Source: an uncultured archaeon
GTDB taxonomy: Archaea; Iainarchaeota; Iainarchaeia; Iainarchaeales; 1-14-0-10-31-34
NCBI GenBank assembly: GCA_964442255.1
Contig: CAYTYC010000005.1
Coordinates: 1-60,809 of the forward strand
Length of the DNA stretch: 60,809 nucleotides
Reading direction: 5' to 3'
Each line of letters begins with the position of its first letter. The first letter of the stretch is position 1. Shown here piece by piece: positions 44,320-54,990 of this stretch. Made by a program: the position numbers and the translations under genes. The notes beneath the pieces are model-generated. The model was not told the DNA's origin. It saw nothing but the letters and a program-made list of their open reading frames with translations, and searched no databases.

Positions 44320-45466
44320 CTGTTTTTGAAGTTGCTGTTGCGACAGTGGAGTGAAGCCTTGGGTCAAAGATTGAGGGAACAATTTTAGTTGCGGAAGGGT
44401 TTTTTACAAGCGAAGAGATTGCCTCCGAAACAGAGAGAAAAGTTTTCCTGGAAAAACCCTTTGCCCCTGAGTCCAGGGCGCCGCGGAAAAGGCCGGGAAA
44501 AACAAGCGCATTGTTAATCTGGTTTGGGAAATCCGAGCGGCCGGTTGCGGTGATTCTTGCGCCTGATTTTTTCGCGGCGGAAGGCATTATTTCGGGAACC
44601 GGGTTTGCAAGCGCGAAAACGATTGCGTTTTTATCCATTGAGGAAACCATTTTTTTGGACACAATTCCCCCAACCGAAAGGCCGATGAAGACATCAGCCT
44701 CCTGCATAGCCTCCTTCAGCGAACCGCGGAAACGGTTGCCGGACTTTTTTGCAATGATTTTGTGGTGGGAGTGGGCGCAGCCAAAAAAGCTTCCGTCAAA
44801 GCCCAGTGAACCGTTTTTGTCGCAAGGAACTATTTCATTTGCGCCGGCTTCCTTTAACAAGTCAATTGCCGCAAAGCCCGCCGCGCCGATTCCGTTCACC
44901 ACAACCTTCACTTCCCCCAAACTTTTCCCGGAAACCTTTAACGCGTTTTTCAGGGCGGCAAGAATCACGATTGCCGCGCCGTACTGGTCGTCGTGGAAAA
45001 CCGGGATGGGGAGTTTTTTTTCAAGCTCTTCCAGGAGAAAAAAGCATTCCGGGGAGGAAATGTCCTCAAGATTTATTCCGCCAAACCCCGGAGAAAGCCG
45101 CTGGACAAGCAGGGAAAGCCTTTTCGGGGAGGATTCACTTACAACCAAAGGAAACGCGTCAATTCCGGCAAAGCTTTTGAACAAGGCGGACTTTCCTTCC
45201 ATTACCGGCAAAGCAGCTTCAGGGCCGAGGTTTCCGAGGCCAAGGACAGCGGAGCCATTGGAAATGACTGCAACGGAATTGGATTTGGAGGTTAAGGAAA
45301 AGGCAAGCGCCCTGTTTTTGTGGATTGCCTTTGAGGCACCCCCCACTCCGGGAGTGTAAATTGTGCTCAGGGACTGCTTTGAGTTTATTGCGTGTTTGGA
45401 GGAGACTTCAATTGGGGCGCCCGACTTTTTCCTGAGCTCAATGCATTTGCGGTAAAATTTTTCCAT
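44309..45466 (-). CDS. mae: NAD(P)-dependent malic enzyme (short type)
   Basis: YTPGV, VLGLGNLG...PVMEGK, GGINLEDI, FHDDQ.G, G.GAAG, FALANP.PEI, TGRSDFPNQINN. Confidence 0.96.
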   Translation of the reverse strand: MEKFYRKCIELRKKSGAPIEVSSKHAINSKQSLSTIYTPGVGGASKAIHKNRALAFSLTSKSNSVAVISNGSAVLGLGNLGPEAALPVMEGKSALFKSFAGIDAFPLVVSESSPKRLSLLVQRLSPGFGGINLEDISSPECFFLLEELEKKLPIPVFHDDQYGAAIVILAALKNALKVSGKSLGEVKVVVNGIGAAGFAAIDLLKEAGANEIVPCDKNGSLGFDGSFFGCAHSHHKIIAKKSGNRFRGSLKEAMQEADVFIGLSVGGIVSKKMVSSMDKNAIVFALANPVPEIMPSAAKKSGARITATGRSDFPNQINNALVFPGLFRGALDSGAKGFSRKTFLSVSEAISSLVKNPSATKIVPSIFDPRLHSTVATATSKTVIQ

Positions 45467-45564
45467 TAAAACCGGAAAAATTAGGTGGAAAAGATTTATT
45501 TAAATAGGTTATGGAAAGGGAATTCCATAAATTTGGCGGAAAAACTCTTAGGGGGGAATGGAAT

Positions 45565-45768
45565 TTGAAGGTAACCTGTCCCACGTGCGGCGAAGCATTC
45601 AGTCTCAACACCCACACATTCGAGGAAGGCGATTTGCTGGAATGCGGGCAGTGCGGGGCCCCGCTCACTGTAATCAACAGAAACAACCGCGTTGCGGTCG
45701 TGGAAGCGGATGAGGCGTTCGCCGAAGAAGGGGAAAGCTTTTTTGAGGAAAACGGGGAAAGCTATTGA
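45565..45768 (+). CDS. LysW-like zinc-ribbon protein with an acidic tail
   Basis: CPTCG...EGDLLECGQCGAPL.V; ends EENGESY. Confidence 0.7.
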   Translation: MKVTCPTCGEAFSLNTHTFEEGDLLECGQCGAPLTVINRNNRVAVVEADEAFAEEGESFFEENGESY

Positions 45769-46076
45769 GCCTTTTCCTGGAGCCCTGAGCCGAGCCTGAA
45801 GGACCTGGTCAAATGGAAAACATACAATGCCACGGCAACCATTGCAATGAATCCAATTAAATTGAAAGGAAAGCCCGCCTTGATTATTTCAACCTCCGGG
45901 TCAAGGTAAACGAAAATCGCGACCGCAATAATCAAGGCTGTGATAAATTCAACGACAAAAAGCGCAAGGAAACGGAAATCCTCTTTCGCCCTCTGCGCCT
46001 TGAATTTTGCGTTTTCCTTCAGGTTGGCGTAATGCTCTTTATCCGCTTTCCTGAGTTTCTTTAACCTTTCACCCAC
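45762..46076 (-). CDS. Small two-TM membrane protein
   Basis: Basic N-terminus and two hydrophobic helices. Confidence 0.65.
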   Translation of the reverse strand: MGERLKKLRKADKEHYANLKENAKFKAQRAKEDFRFLALFVVEFITALIIAVAIFVYLDPEVEIIKAGFPFNLIGFIAMVAVALYVFHLTRSFRLGSGLQEKAQ

Positions 46077-46123
46077 AGGAAAAGGAAACGCGGAAGAAGT
46101 AATTAAAGGTTGCGGTCAGGGAA

Positions 46124-46720
46124 TCAGCCGATAAACAGCTGCACAGCAAAACCGGCAAAGTAATTTGCCAGGCCAACGGCTTCGCCAAGGTAAGCCGGGG
46201 AAAAAACCGCCGCAAGAACAAAAATAATCCACATGTAGCGGAGGATGCTGCTGTACACGAAACTCAAAAGAACCCCGAGCGTTAAGGTGAGGGGAATGTA
46301 AACAAAAGGCACGGTGAAAAGCCAAAAAATTTTCCAGGGCATTGAGCCCCTGCCGGCAAGCTTTTTAGAGTAAAAGGCGTTGAAGGACTCAAAAGAGTTT
46401 TTTGCGTCCTGGAACGAAGGAAAAGAGAAAACCACAAGGCTCAAGCCGAACCACAAAAACAAGACGGAAAGGAACGGGAAAACAAACAAAAGCTGGTTTC
46501 CGGTGCGGAGCAAAAGCAGGCCAAAATAGTTTCCGAGAATGAAGGGGGCAAGCGTTATTATGATTGCCTTCCATGCGCCGGTTGCGTCATGCAAAACAAA
46601 GCCCCCCCGGACTGAAAAAAAGCGCACTTTTTTTACTTTTACCCCGAGAAAAATGCAGGCAAGAAAATGGCTGACTTCATGGAAAACCATTCCAGGAAAG
46701 AAAAGGAAATCAAAAAGCAT
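46124..46720 (-). CDS. M50B-like/DUF3267 membrane zinc metalloprotease
   Basis: FPG.VFHEVSH (HExxH), GGFV.H, ITLAP, PS..D. Confidence 0.8.
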   Translation of the reverse strand: MLFDFLFFPGMVFHEVSHFLACIFLGVKVKKVRFFSVRGGFVLHDATGAWKAIIITLAPFILGNYFGLLLLRTGNQLLFVFPFLSVLFLWFGLSLVVFSFPSFQDAKNSFESFNAFYSKKLAGRGSMPWKIFWLFTVPFVYIPLTLTLGVLLSFVYSSILRYMWIIFVLAAVFSPAYLGEAVGLANYFAGFAVQLFIG

Positions 46721-46793
46721 AAAAGGAATACGCGGAGGGGGAATAAAAATATTTACCCTTTTTATGCTGTTCAGCAGAATTTTTGGTTAAAGC

Positions 46794-47703
46794 ATGGAAA
46801 AAGCGCCCCCCTACAAGGTGAAAAGGGTTGAGCCGATTCGGCTCCTTCCAAGGGAAGAAAGGGAAAAAAAAATTCTTGAAGCGGGATTAAACATCTTCAG
46901 GCTGGATTCAAAGGACGTGTTCACTGACTTGCTTACCGATTCATGGACAAATGCCATGAGCCAGGCGCAGTGGGCCGCACTCATGGAAGCGGATGAATCG
47001 TACGCGGGAAGCAAAAGCTTCAGGCGCCTGGAGAAAACGGTGCAGGAGATTACCGGGCTGAAATACGTTCTGTTGCTCCACCCCGGGAAGGGCGCCGGAA
47101 AACGTTCTGGACTCTGTTTTGGTTAAGGAAGGCTGCGTTGTCCCGGGAAACATTCACTTTGACACGACAAAGGCGCACATTGGGCCAGGGAAGCGTGCGG
47201 AAAGGAATGCGTAATAGGCGAGGCATTTGATTCCGGGAAAGGGCATCCGTTCAAGGGAAACATTGATTTGGAAAAGCTTGAAAAGGCTGTGAAGGAAAAC
47301 GGAAAGGAAAAGATTCCTTATGTGCTGATAACAATCACCTGCAACTCAGGGGGAGGGCAGCCGGTTTCAATGGAAAACATTAAGGCAGTCAGCGGGCTGT
47401 GCAGGTCGCATGGGTTAAGGCTTTTTCCGGATGCTGCGGGCTGCGGAAAACGCGCACTTCATAAAGGAAAGAGAAAATAGGTTTAGGAAAAAAAGTATTT
47501 CCGAAATTGTGAAGGAACTGAATCCCGGTAATGAAGCCAACCGGGGGGCACGCGGTTTTCGTGGACGGAAAAAAGTTTTTGCCGGCATTCCGCAGAAACA
47601 GTTTCCCTCGCACACGCTTGCGGTTGAATTATACAGTAAAGGAGGGGCGAAGGGAATGGAAATCGGAACACTGCTTGCCGGACGGGACCCAAAAACAGGG
47701 AAG
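46794..47703 (+). pseudogene. tnaA: Tryptophanase/tyrosine phenol-lyase family pseudogene with multiple frameshifts and an internal deletion
   Basis: Fragments in different frames: VEPI..., DLLTDS.T.AMS, DESYAGS, NIHFDTT.AH, FKGNIDLEKL, TCNSGGGQPVSM, DAA..AENA.FIK, GGHAVFVD, RDPKTG; the PLP-lysine region is missing. Confidence 0.9.
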
Positions 47704-47727
47704 ATGCACCAGTTAAGCCGGCGCCGG

Positions 47728-47817
47728 AAAACGGCGATGGCCCGGATTCAGATATCCCCGCACCCGGCGGGGCTCCGCCTCCGGCGGAAGACGATGAGCC
47801 AATAGACGCGCCGTTTT
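47728..47817. other. GC-rich structured element with 9-bp terminal inverted repeats
   Basis: AAAACGGCG/CGCCGTTTT enclose the hairpins CCCCGC/GCGGGG and TCCGCC/GGCGGA. Confidence 0.45.
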
Positions 47818-47826
47818 AAGTCAGGG

Positions 47827-48306
47827 CTATTCATTCAGGGAAAGCCCTTCATCGATTTCCCTGGAAATTTTCTTCATTCTCTCAAACACACGGAGAATAT
47901 CCTCCTCAATCTCCTCAACCGTGCGGAAAACGCTCCTGCCGCGCGCACGGTAAAGCCTGCCTTCGCGGACTATTAGGCCTGAACGGAGAAGGTTATTCAA
48001 ATGGTTGATTATGGAGCCGCGGCTCATTTCCAGCCTTCCGGAGAGTTCACTGGAGGAAACGGCCCTGCCTTTCTCCGTATCCTTAACAATTTCACGGAAA
48101 ACATTTGAGGCGGTTTTATCCTTGTCAATGGGCTCAAAAAAGCCCAAAGTTTGGCACAGCCAGTTGAATTCCTCGTCCAATGCATCGGAATACGGGCGCT
48201 CCACCCTTTTAATAACAATCTTGAAGGAAACCCTGCTTCTTCTGCCGCTGCCACTGCCAGAGGCAACCGGATTGCCCTCCTGCGTCCGCGTGTTTTTCCC
48301 TTCCAT
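47827..48306 (-). CDS. Winged-helix (ArsR/MarR-like) transcriptional regulator divergent from grpE-dnaK-dnaJ
   Basis: SSSELSGRLEMSRGSIINHLNNLLRSGLI HTH. Confidence 0.85.
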   Translation of the reverse strand: MEGKNTRTQEGNPVASGSGSGRRSRVSFKIVIKRVERPYSDALDEEFNWLCQTLGFFEPIDKDKTASNVFREIVKDTEKGRAVSSSELSGRLEMSRGSIINHLNNLLRSGLIVREGRLYRARGRSVFRTVEEIEEDILRVFERMKKISREIDEGLSLNE

Positions 48307-48399
48307 AAAGGGAAATAAAACGGGAAAGAAATAAAAAGCTTTTGATTAAAAAGTAGTATAAAAAACTAAAGAATTTGGACAATTGGTTGGGGCTGCGGA

Positions 48400-48999
48400 A
48401 TGGAAAAAAACGGGAAAAACATCGTTTCAGGGGAAAAAAAAGGGAAAAGAGAAGAGAATCACGGGGAAAAAAAGGAAAACGCGCCGGAAAATGAACCTGG
48501 AAAAGAAGAAAACAGGGAAAAGGAAAAAATCCACGGAGAAAAGGAAGGCCCGGAAAAACTGGAAAAAAAAATAAAAGAATTGACCGAAGACCTGCAAAGG
48601 CTGCAGGCGGAATTTGAAAACTACCAGAAAAGGATTGAAAGGGAAAAAGGGGAATTCATGGAGTACGCAAAGGCAGGGGTTTTAAAGTCGTTTCTTCCGG
48701 TAATGGATTCAATCGGCTCCGCAACAGAAAAATTGGGCGAAAAAGGGATGGAAGCGGAAGGAATCAAGGCAATAAAAAAACAGCTGGAAGAAAAAATAAA
48801 ATCATTCGGGGTGAACGAAATGAAGGCTTTGGGGAAAAAATTTGATTCAGGCTTCCACGAATGCATGATGACGGGGGAGGAAAAAGAAAAAAAAGACGAT
48901 GAGGTGCTGGAAGAATTCCAGAAAGGATACTTAATTAACGGAAAAGTTTTAAGGCCTGCAAAGGTAAAAGTAAACAAACTGGAGAGTGAAGAAAAATGA
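48400..48999 (+). CDS. grpE: Nucleotide exchange factor GrpE
   Basis: [21 protein letters not shown]...KVLRPAKV. Confidence 0.97.
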   Translation: MEKNGKNIVSGEKKGKREENHGEKKENAPENEPGKEENREKEKIHGEKEGPEKLEKKIKELTEDLQRLQAEFENYQKRIEREKGEFMEYAKAGVLKSFLPVMDSIGSATEKLGEKGMEAEGIKAIKKQLEEKIKSFGVNEMKALGKKFDSGFHECMMTGEEKEKKDDEVLEEFQKGYLINGKVLRPAKVKVNKLESEEK

Positions 49000-50876
49000 A
49001 AACGATAGGCATTGACCTTGGGACATCGAATTCAGCTGCGGCGATGCTGGAAGGCGGAAAGCCGAAAATAATTCCCTCGGCGGAAGGCGCTTCGCTTTAC
49101 GGAAAGGCGTTTCCGTCGGTTGTAGCTTTCACAAAGGACGGAAACAGGCTTGTGGGAGAGCCGGCAAAAAGGCAGGCGGTCTCAAACCCCGAAGGCACGG
49201 TTACCGCGGCAAAAAGAAAAATGGGCACAGACTACAAGCACAAGGTTGCGGGAAAAGATTTCACGCCCCAGCAAATAAGCGCGTTCATTCTCCAAAAAAT
49301 AAAAAAAGACGCGGAAGACTTTTTGGGGGAAAAAGTGGAAAAAGCGGTCATAACTGTTCCGGCTTACTTTGACGACAACCAAAGGCAGGCAACAAAGGAC
49401 GCGGGAAGAATTGCCGGGCTAGAAGTGATAAGGATAATCAACGAGCCCACCGCTGCATCGCTTGCATACGGCCTGGACAAAAAAGGAAAAGAGCACAAAA
49501 TACTGGTGTTCGATTTCGGCGGAGGAACACTGGATGTCACGGTAATGGAATTCGGGGAAGGCGTGTTCGAGGTGAAAAGCACTTCCGGGGACACGCAATT
49601 AGGCGGAACAGACATGGACGAAAAAGTGGCGGAATGGATTGTCTCGGAATTCAAAAAACAGGAAGGCGTGGATTTAACAAAAGACAAAACAGCCATGCAA
49701 AGGGTTAAGGAAGCAGCGGAAAGGGCAAAAATAGAGTTAAGCAACGTTTTTGAAACCGAAATCAACCTGCCGTATGTGACCGCAACACAGGAGGGGCCAA
49801 AGCACCTGGTTTTAAGGCTGAACCGGGCAACGCTTGAGGAACTGGTGGAAGCGATTATAAAAAAATGCGAGAAACCAGTAAGCCAGGCGCTGGCGGACGC
49901 GCAGATGACGCCAAACGACATAAGCAAAATAATTTTGGTGGGCGGGCCCACAAGAATGCCAGCGGTGCAGGACTTTGTGGAAAAAGTGATTGGAAAAAAG
50001 GTTGAACGCGGCGTTGACCCGATGGAATGCGTTGCAATGGGCGCGGCAATACAGGCAGGCGTTTTGTCCGGGGAAGTGAAAGACGTGCTGCTGCTGGACG
50101 TCACTCCGCTTAGCCTGGGAATTGAAACCCTGGGAAAGGTTTTCACAAAGCTTATCCCAAGGAACACCACCATCCCGACCAAAAAAAGCCAGGTGTTCAG
50201 CACCGCCGCAGACAACCAGACCGCGGTTGACATCCACGTGCTGCAGGGCGAAAGGGAAATGGCGGAAGGAAACAAAACCCTGGGAAGGTTCCAGCTTGTC
50301 GGAATTCCGCCCGCGCCAAGGGGAATACCCCAGATAGAGGTGACCTTTGACATTGACGCAAACGGAATAGTGCACGTGAAGGCAAAAGACCTGGGGACAG
50401 GAAAAGAGCAAAGCATAAAAATCGTTGCCTCGCAAAAGCTCAACGAAGAAGATGTTGAAAAAATGAAGAAAGAGGCGGAACAGTTCGCAGAACAGGACAA
50501 AAAAAGAAAGGAAGAGGTTGAAACAATCAACCAGGCCGACACAATCGCGTACACCACGGAAAAAGTGCTAAAGGAAATGGAAGGAAAAGTTGCAGGCGAA
50601 AAAACAGAGAACATCAGGAAAAAAATTGAAGAATTAAAGGAACTGCTGAAGGCAGAGCAAAAGGACGTGCCGAAAATAAAGGAAAAAATGGACGAAGTGA
50701 ACAAGGCAATGCAGGAGGCCTCCACAGAATTATACCAAAAAGCGCAAAAGGAACAGCAGCAGGCACAGAAAGGCACGGGGACAGGAAAAGAGGATCCCAA
50801 AAAAGGGGGCGAAAAAAAGGGCGCCGTTGACGCGGACTTCAAGGTTGAAGACGAAGGCAACGAAGAAAAAAAATAA
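48996..50876 (+). CDS. dnaK: Chaperone DnaK (Hsp70)
   Basis: [43 protein letters not shown]. Confidence 0.99.
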   Translation: MKTIGIDLGTSNSAAAMLEGGKPKIIPSAEGASLYGKAFPSVVAFTKDGNRLVGEPAKRQAVSNPEGTVTAAKRKMGTDYKHKVAGKDFTPQQISAFILQKIKKDAEDFLGEKVEKAVITVPAYFDDNQRQATKDAGRIAGLEVIRIINEPTAASLAYGLDKKGKEHKILVFDFGGGTLDVTVMEFGEGVFEVKSTSGDTQLGGTDMDEKVAEWIVSEFKKQEGVDLTKDKTAMQRVKEAAERAKIELSNVFETEINLPYVTATQEGPKHLVLRLNRATLEELVEAIIKKCEKPVSQALADAQMTPNDISKIILVGGPTRMPAVQDFVEKVIGKKVERGVDPMECVAMGAAIQAGVLSGEVKDVLLLDVTPLSLGIETLGKVFTKLIPRNTTIPTKKSQVFSTAADNQTAVDIHVLQGEREMAEGNKTLGRFQLVGIPPAPRGIPQIEVTFDIDANGIVHVKAKDLGTGKEQSIKIVASQKLNEEDVEKMKKEAEQFAEQDKKRKEEVETINQADTIAYTTEKVLKEMEGKVAGEKTENIRKKIEELKELLKAEQKDVPKIKEKMDEVNKAMQEASTELYQKAQKEQQQAQKGTGTGKEDPKKGGEKKGAVDADFKVEDEGNEEKK

Positions 50877-50981
50877 TCCTTCAAAACCTCCTTTCGCTTT
50901 CAAAAGAAAAAAATTCTCCGGAAAAAAAAAACGGAGCAAAGAAATACTTAACCCCGCAAACTATTTTAGCGTGAAAAAGGC

Positions 50982-52127
50982 ATGGCGGAAAAAAAGGATT
51001 ACTATGAAGTGTTGGGGCTGAATAAGGGAGCCTCAAAAGAAGAAATAAAGGCCGCATACAAGCGCCTTGCCAAAAAATTCCACCCCGATGTAAGCAAAGA
51101 ACCGGAGGCAGAGGAAAAATTCAAGGAAACAATGGAAGCATACTCTGTTTTAAGCGATCCGCAGAAGAAGTCAAACTACGACCAATTCGGGCACGCGGCG
51201 GAAGGCTTCTCCGGATTCCGCGGATTCGGGGACTTTTCAGGGTTTGACTTCGGGCAAGGATTCGGGGGAATGGGATTTGAATTCGAGGATTTTTTCACGG
51301 GGTTTGGGGACATCTTCGGTTCGCAAAGGGCACAGAGAAAAAGGCCGCGCAGGGGCCTGGATTTAAGGTACGATTTAAGCATTTCATTCAAGGAAGCAGC
51401 GTTCGGCACAAAGAAAAAAATTGAGGTTGAAAGGGTTGAAGACTGCGGGGAATGCGGGGGAAGCGGCGCAAAAAAAGGCACAAAAAAAGTGCGCTGTGAA
51501 AGGTGCGGGGGAAGCGGCGCACAGGAAACGACCAAAAAAACTTTTTTCGGGGTTTTCAGGGCAAGAACCGCCTGCAGCAGGTGCGGAGGCGACGGGGAAA
51601 TAATAAGGGAGCCCTGCCCTGAATGCGGAGGAAAAGGAAAAGTCAAGGCGCACAGGACAATTACTGTTGAGGCCCCGGAAGGAATACACAACGGCGCTTA
51701 TTTGAGGCTGAAAGGGGAAGGAAACGCCGGGGAAAAAGGCGGAGGAAACGGCGACCTGTTTGTAGTGCTGTTCATTGAGCCGCATGAAACATTCAAAAGG
51801 GACGGGGCGGATGTGTTCGTGGAAGTGCCAATAACCTTTTCCCAGGCGGCGTTGGGGACGGAAATAAGCGCGCCCACCCTCAAAGGAAAAGCCAGGCTCA
51901 AGGTGCCGGCGGGAACGCAGACCGGAACAATCTTCAAGCTCAAAGGACAGGGAATAAAGGACCTGCACAATGGAGGAAAAGGCGACGAGTACGTTAAAGT
52001 GATTGTCAGGACTCCGCAAAAGCTGGGCAAAAAAGAAAAGGAATTGTTTGAATTCCTTTCAGCGGAAGAAAAAAACAACATAAAAGACGACAGCTTTTTT
52101 GACTCCTTCAGGAAAAAATTCGGGTGA
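50982..52127 (+). CDS. dnaJ: Chaperone DnaJ
   Basis: J-domain HPD, G/F-rich region, four CxxCxGxG motifs. Confidence 0.98.
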   Translation: MAEKKDYYEVLGLNKGASKEEIKAAYKRLAKKFHPDVSKEPEAEEKFKETMEAYSVLSDPQKKSNYDQFGHAAEGFSGFRGFGDFSGFDFGQGFGGMGFEFEDFFTGFGDIFGSQRAQRKRPRRGLDLRYDLSISFKEAAFGTKKKIEVERVEDCGECGGSGAKKGTKKVRCERCGGSGAQETTKKTFFGVFRARTACSRCGGDGEIIREPCPECGGKGKVKAHRTITVEAPEGIHNGAYLRLKGEGNAGEKGGGNGDLFVVLFIEPHETFKRDGADVFVEVPITFSQAALGTEISAPTLKGKARLKVPAGTQTGTIFKLKGQGIKDLHNGGKGDEYVKVIVRTPQKLGKKEKELFEFLSAEEKNNIKDDSFFDSFRKKFG

Positions 52128-52183
52128 AAGTAAAAGCCAAAGCGGGTTTTTTATAGTTTCTGCTGCCTATTTTCTTGGGGTTA

Positions 52184-54610
52184 ATGATGAGCGAAACAGG
52201 AAAAGAAATGGAAAAAAAATGGCAGGATTACTGGGAAAAAGAAGGCATTTACGGATTTGACTGGAAAAGCAAATCTCCTTCATATGTGATTGACACCCCC
52301 CCTCCCACGGTTTCCGGGAAAATGCATTTAGGGCACGCGTTCTCCTACACGCAACAGGACTTTGTTGCCAGATACAAGCGCATGAAAGGATTCAATGTGT
52401 TCAATCCCTTCGGATACGATGACAACGGGCTGGCGACGGACAGGTTTGTGGAAAAAAAAAGGGGAATAAGGGCAAAAAACTTTAGCCGGAAAGAATACAT
52501 CAACATCTGCCTCAAAGAAACAAAAATAGCGGAAGAAAAGCTGAAAGACGATTTCAGTTCACTCGGGCTGAGCGTGGACTGGGGGGAATGCTACCGGACA
52601 ATTGACTCCCTTGCAAGAAAGCTCTCCCAAAAATCTTTCATTGAAATTTACGGGATGAAAAGGGCTTACAGGAAAGAGGCCCCAACCATGTGGTGCCCAA
52701 CCTGCTCAACAGCAATCGCGCAGGCGGAGCTTGAAGACAAAAAACAGAAATCCACTCTTGTGTACCTTAAATTCAGGACAACAGACGGAAAAAAAATCGT
52801 TATTGCAACCACCCGGCCGGAACTGATGCCCGCATGCGTAGCAATCCACGTGAACCCAAAAGACAAGAGGCATAAGGGGCTGATTGGAAAAGAGGCCGAA
52901 ATCCCTTTCTACAAACGAAAAGTGAAAATTTACGCAAACCCGGACGTAAATATGGAGTTCGGGACAGGCGCGGTGTACCACTGCACCTGGGGGGATTTAG
53001 AGGACGTGAAATGGGTGATGGAATACGGTATTCCTGTAATGGAGGTCATGGGAAAAGACGGAAAATTCAATGAAAAAGCCGGAAAATACGCGGGAATGAA
53101 AACCGCGGAGGCAAGGAAAGCGGTTGTGGAGGACTTAAGGAAAGCAGGGCTCGTGGAAAAAGAGGAGCCAGTAGAGCATGTGGTGAACTGCCATGAAAGA
53201 TGCAAAACCCCTGTGGAAATCATTACGGCAAAGCAGTGGTTCATCAAATACATGGATTTAAGGAAAAAGTTCCTGGAATTGGGGAAAAAAATCAAATGGC
53301 ATCCGCGGCACATGAGGGTAAGGTACGACAACTGGATAAAGGGGCTGAAATGGGACTGGAACATTTCAAGGCAAAGGCATTACGGGGTTCCCTTTCCCGT
53401 ATGGTACTGCAAAAAATGCGGAAAAGAAAAGCTTGCGGAATTAAGGGATTTGCCGGTTGACCCGCTGGCAGACAAGCCGAAAGGAAAATGCGTGAAATGC
53501 GGGGAAAAAAAGTTTGAGCCGGAAAAAGACGTGATGGACACCTGGGCAACCTCTTCCTTAACCCCGCAGATTAACGCGCACTGGGGAGAGGACAGGAAAA
53601 GGTTTAACAGGCTTTTTCCGATGCACTTAAGGCCGCAGGCACACGACATCATTACGCTCTGGGCTTTTAACACTGTTGTGAAGGCTTACCTGCACCATAA
53701 AATGCTTCCGTGGAAGGAAATAATAATTTCAGGCCACGCGCTCGACCCAAAAGGAAGAAAAATGAGCAAAAGTTTGGGGAACGCGGTTGAGCCAAAGGAA
53801 GTGATAGAAAAATATTCCGCCGACATTTTAAGGTACTGGAGCGGTTCGGCTTCATTGGGGGAGGATTTGCCTTTCCAGGAACAGGATTTGGTGGCAGGAA
53901 AAAAGTTTGTGACCAAACTCTTGAACGCGTCAAGGTTTGCGGTGAAGGCATGCGAAGGGTTTGAAGGGAAAGAAAAAAAATTGAAGTTCAGGGCGACGGA
54001 CAAGTGGATTTTGTCCCGGCTTGCTTCGCTCATTGAATCCGGCTCAAAGGCAATGGAAGAATTCGAATACAGCAAGTGCCTCAACCCTGTGCGCGACTTT
54101 TTCTGGCTGGAGTTCGCGGACTACTACCTAGAAGAAATTAAATGGAGAATTTACGCCGGGGAAAAAGAGGACAAAAGGGCCGCGCAGTTCACCCTGAATT
54201 ATGTGCTGAATGCTGTTTTGAGAATGCTGGCGCCATTCCTTCCGCACATCACAGAGGAAGTGTACCAGAATGTGCTGAAGGAAAAGGGAAAAAAAAGCAT
54301 TCACAGGGAGGAATGGCCAAAACCGGAGAAAAAGTTTTTGGACAAGGAAAGCGAAGCGCTGGGCAAAAAATTGAATGAAATGGTTTCCGCATTAAGAAAA
54401 TTCAAGAACCAGAACGGGATGCCGTTGAACGCGGAGCTCGGAAAAGTGGAAGTCCAAAGCGCGGAAAAGGGGTTTGCGAAAAGTTTTATGCCCATTGAAG
54501 AGGATTTAAGGAAAACAATGAACATCAGGGAATTACGCCTGATGAAGGAAGCGGGAAAAGGGAAAAAGGTTGAAGCCGGGGAAAATATTGCGCTGTTTGT
54601 GGATTCATAG
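52184..54610 (+). CDS. valS: Valine-tRNA ligase (archaeal type)
   Basis: DTPPPTVSGKMHLGH, ATTRPE, DWNISRQR, DTWATSS, RPQAHDII, KMSKS. Confidence 0.97.
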   Translation: MMSETGKEMEKKWQDYWEKEGIYGFDWKSKSPSYVIDTPPPTVSGKMHLGHAFSYTQQDFVARYKRMKGFNVFNPFGYDDNGLATDRFVEKKRGIRAKNFSRKEYINICLKETKIAEEKLKDDFSSLGLSVDWGECYRTIDSLARKLSQKSFIEIYGMKRAYRKEAPTMWCPTCSTAIAQAELEDKKQKSTLVYLKFRTTDGKKIVIATTRPELMPACVAIHVNPKDKRHKGLIGKEAEIPFYKRKVKIYANPDVNMEFGTGAVYHCTWGDLEDVKWVMEYGIPVMEVMGKDGKFNEKAGKYAGMKTAEARKAVVEDLRKAGLVEKEEPVEHVVNCHERCKTPVEIITAKQWFIKYMDLRKKFLELGKKIKWHPRHMRVRYDNWIKGLKWDWNISRQRHYGVPFPVWYCKKCGKEKLAELRDLPVDPLADKPKGKCVKCGEKKFEPEKDVMDTWATSSLTPQINAHWGEDRKRFNRLFPMHLRPQAHDIITLWAFNTVVKAYLHHKMLPWKEIIISGHALDPKGRKMSKSLGNAVEPKEVIEKYSADILRYWSGSASLGEDLPFQEQDLVAGKKFVTKLLNASRFAVKACEGFEGKEKKLKFRATDKWILSRLASLIESGSKAMEEFEYSKCLNPVRDFFWLEFADYYLEEIKWRIYAGEKEDKRAAQFTLNYVLNAVLRMLAPFLPHITEEVYQNVLKEKGKKSIHREEWPKPEKKFLDKESEALGKKLNEMVSALRKFKNQNGMPLNAELGKVEVQSAEKGFAKSFMPIEEDLRKTMNIRELRLMKEAGKGKKVEAGENIALFVDS

Positions 54611-54941
54611 GGCCCTTTTTCCTCTGCCAAATCCAATTGTCTGAATGCCCAACAAGATGAAACCAGAAGAGCCCATGATAAGAAGAATAGTCAAAGCCCA
54701 CCTTAACAAAAGCGAAAGGTTTTCTAAAGGAAAAATAAGCATAAATAAAGAAACAAGAAGCCCAAGCAAACCCAAACAGATAAGAAAAGCGCCGCAAAAC
54801 CAGGACAGAACCTTAACATATTTTCCAACCTTTTTGCCCTGGCGGAACCTGAAAAAAAACGTAAGCAAAGACAAATAAGCATACTGCTAATGCAAGCCTT
54901 GCAATCCCCCCCAAAAAGGCCATATCGGATTCAAGGGCCAT
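54605..54941 (-). CDS. Small multi-TM membrane protein, apparently frameshifted at a T8 run (54852-54859)
   Basis: The ATG 54941 frame (MALESDMAFLGGIARLALAVCLFVFAYVF) joins the 54605-54874 frame (FRFRQGKK...) if T8 were T7. Confidence 0.55.
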
Positions 54942-54990
54942 AAAAATAATGCAAAGCAAAACATTAAAATAGGCGAAGGGATTAAAGTTT

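Noticed and set aside
44511..45359. 282-aa ORF antisense to the malic enzyme
   Set aside because: Shadow ORF; the minus-strand protein has all the malic enzyme motifs.
49364..50884. 506-aa ORF antisense to dnaK
   Set aside because: Long antisense frames opposite hsp70 genes are a known codon-pattern effect; no independent motifs were seen.
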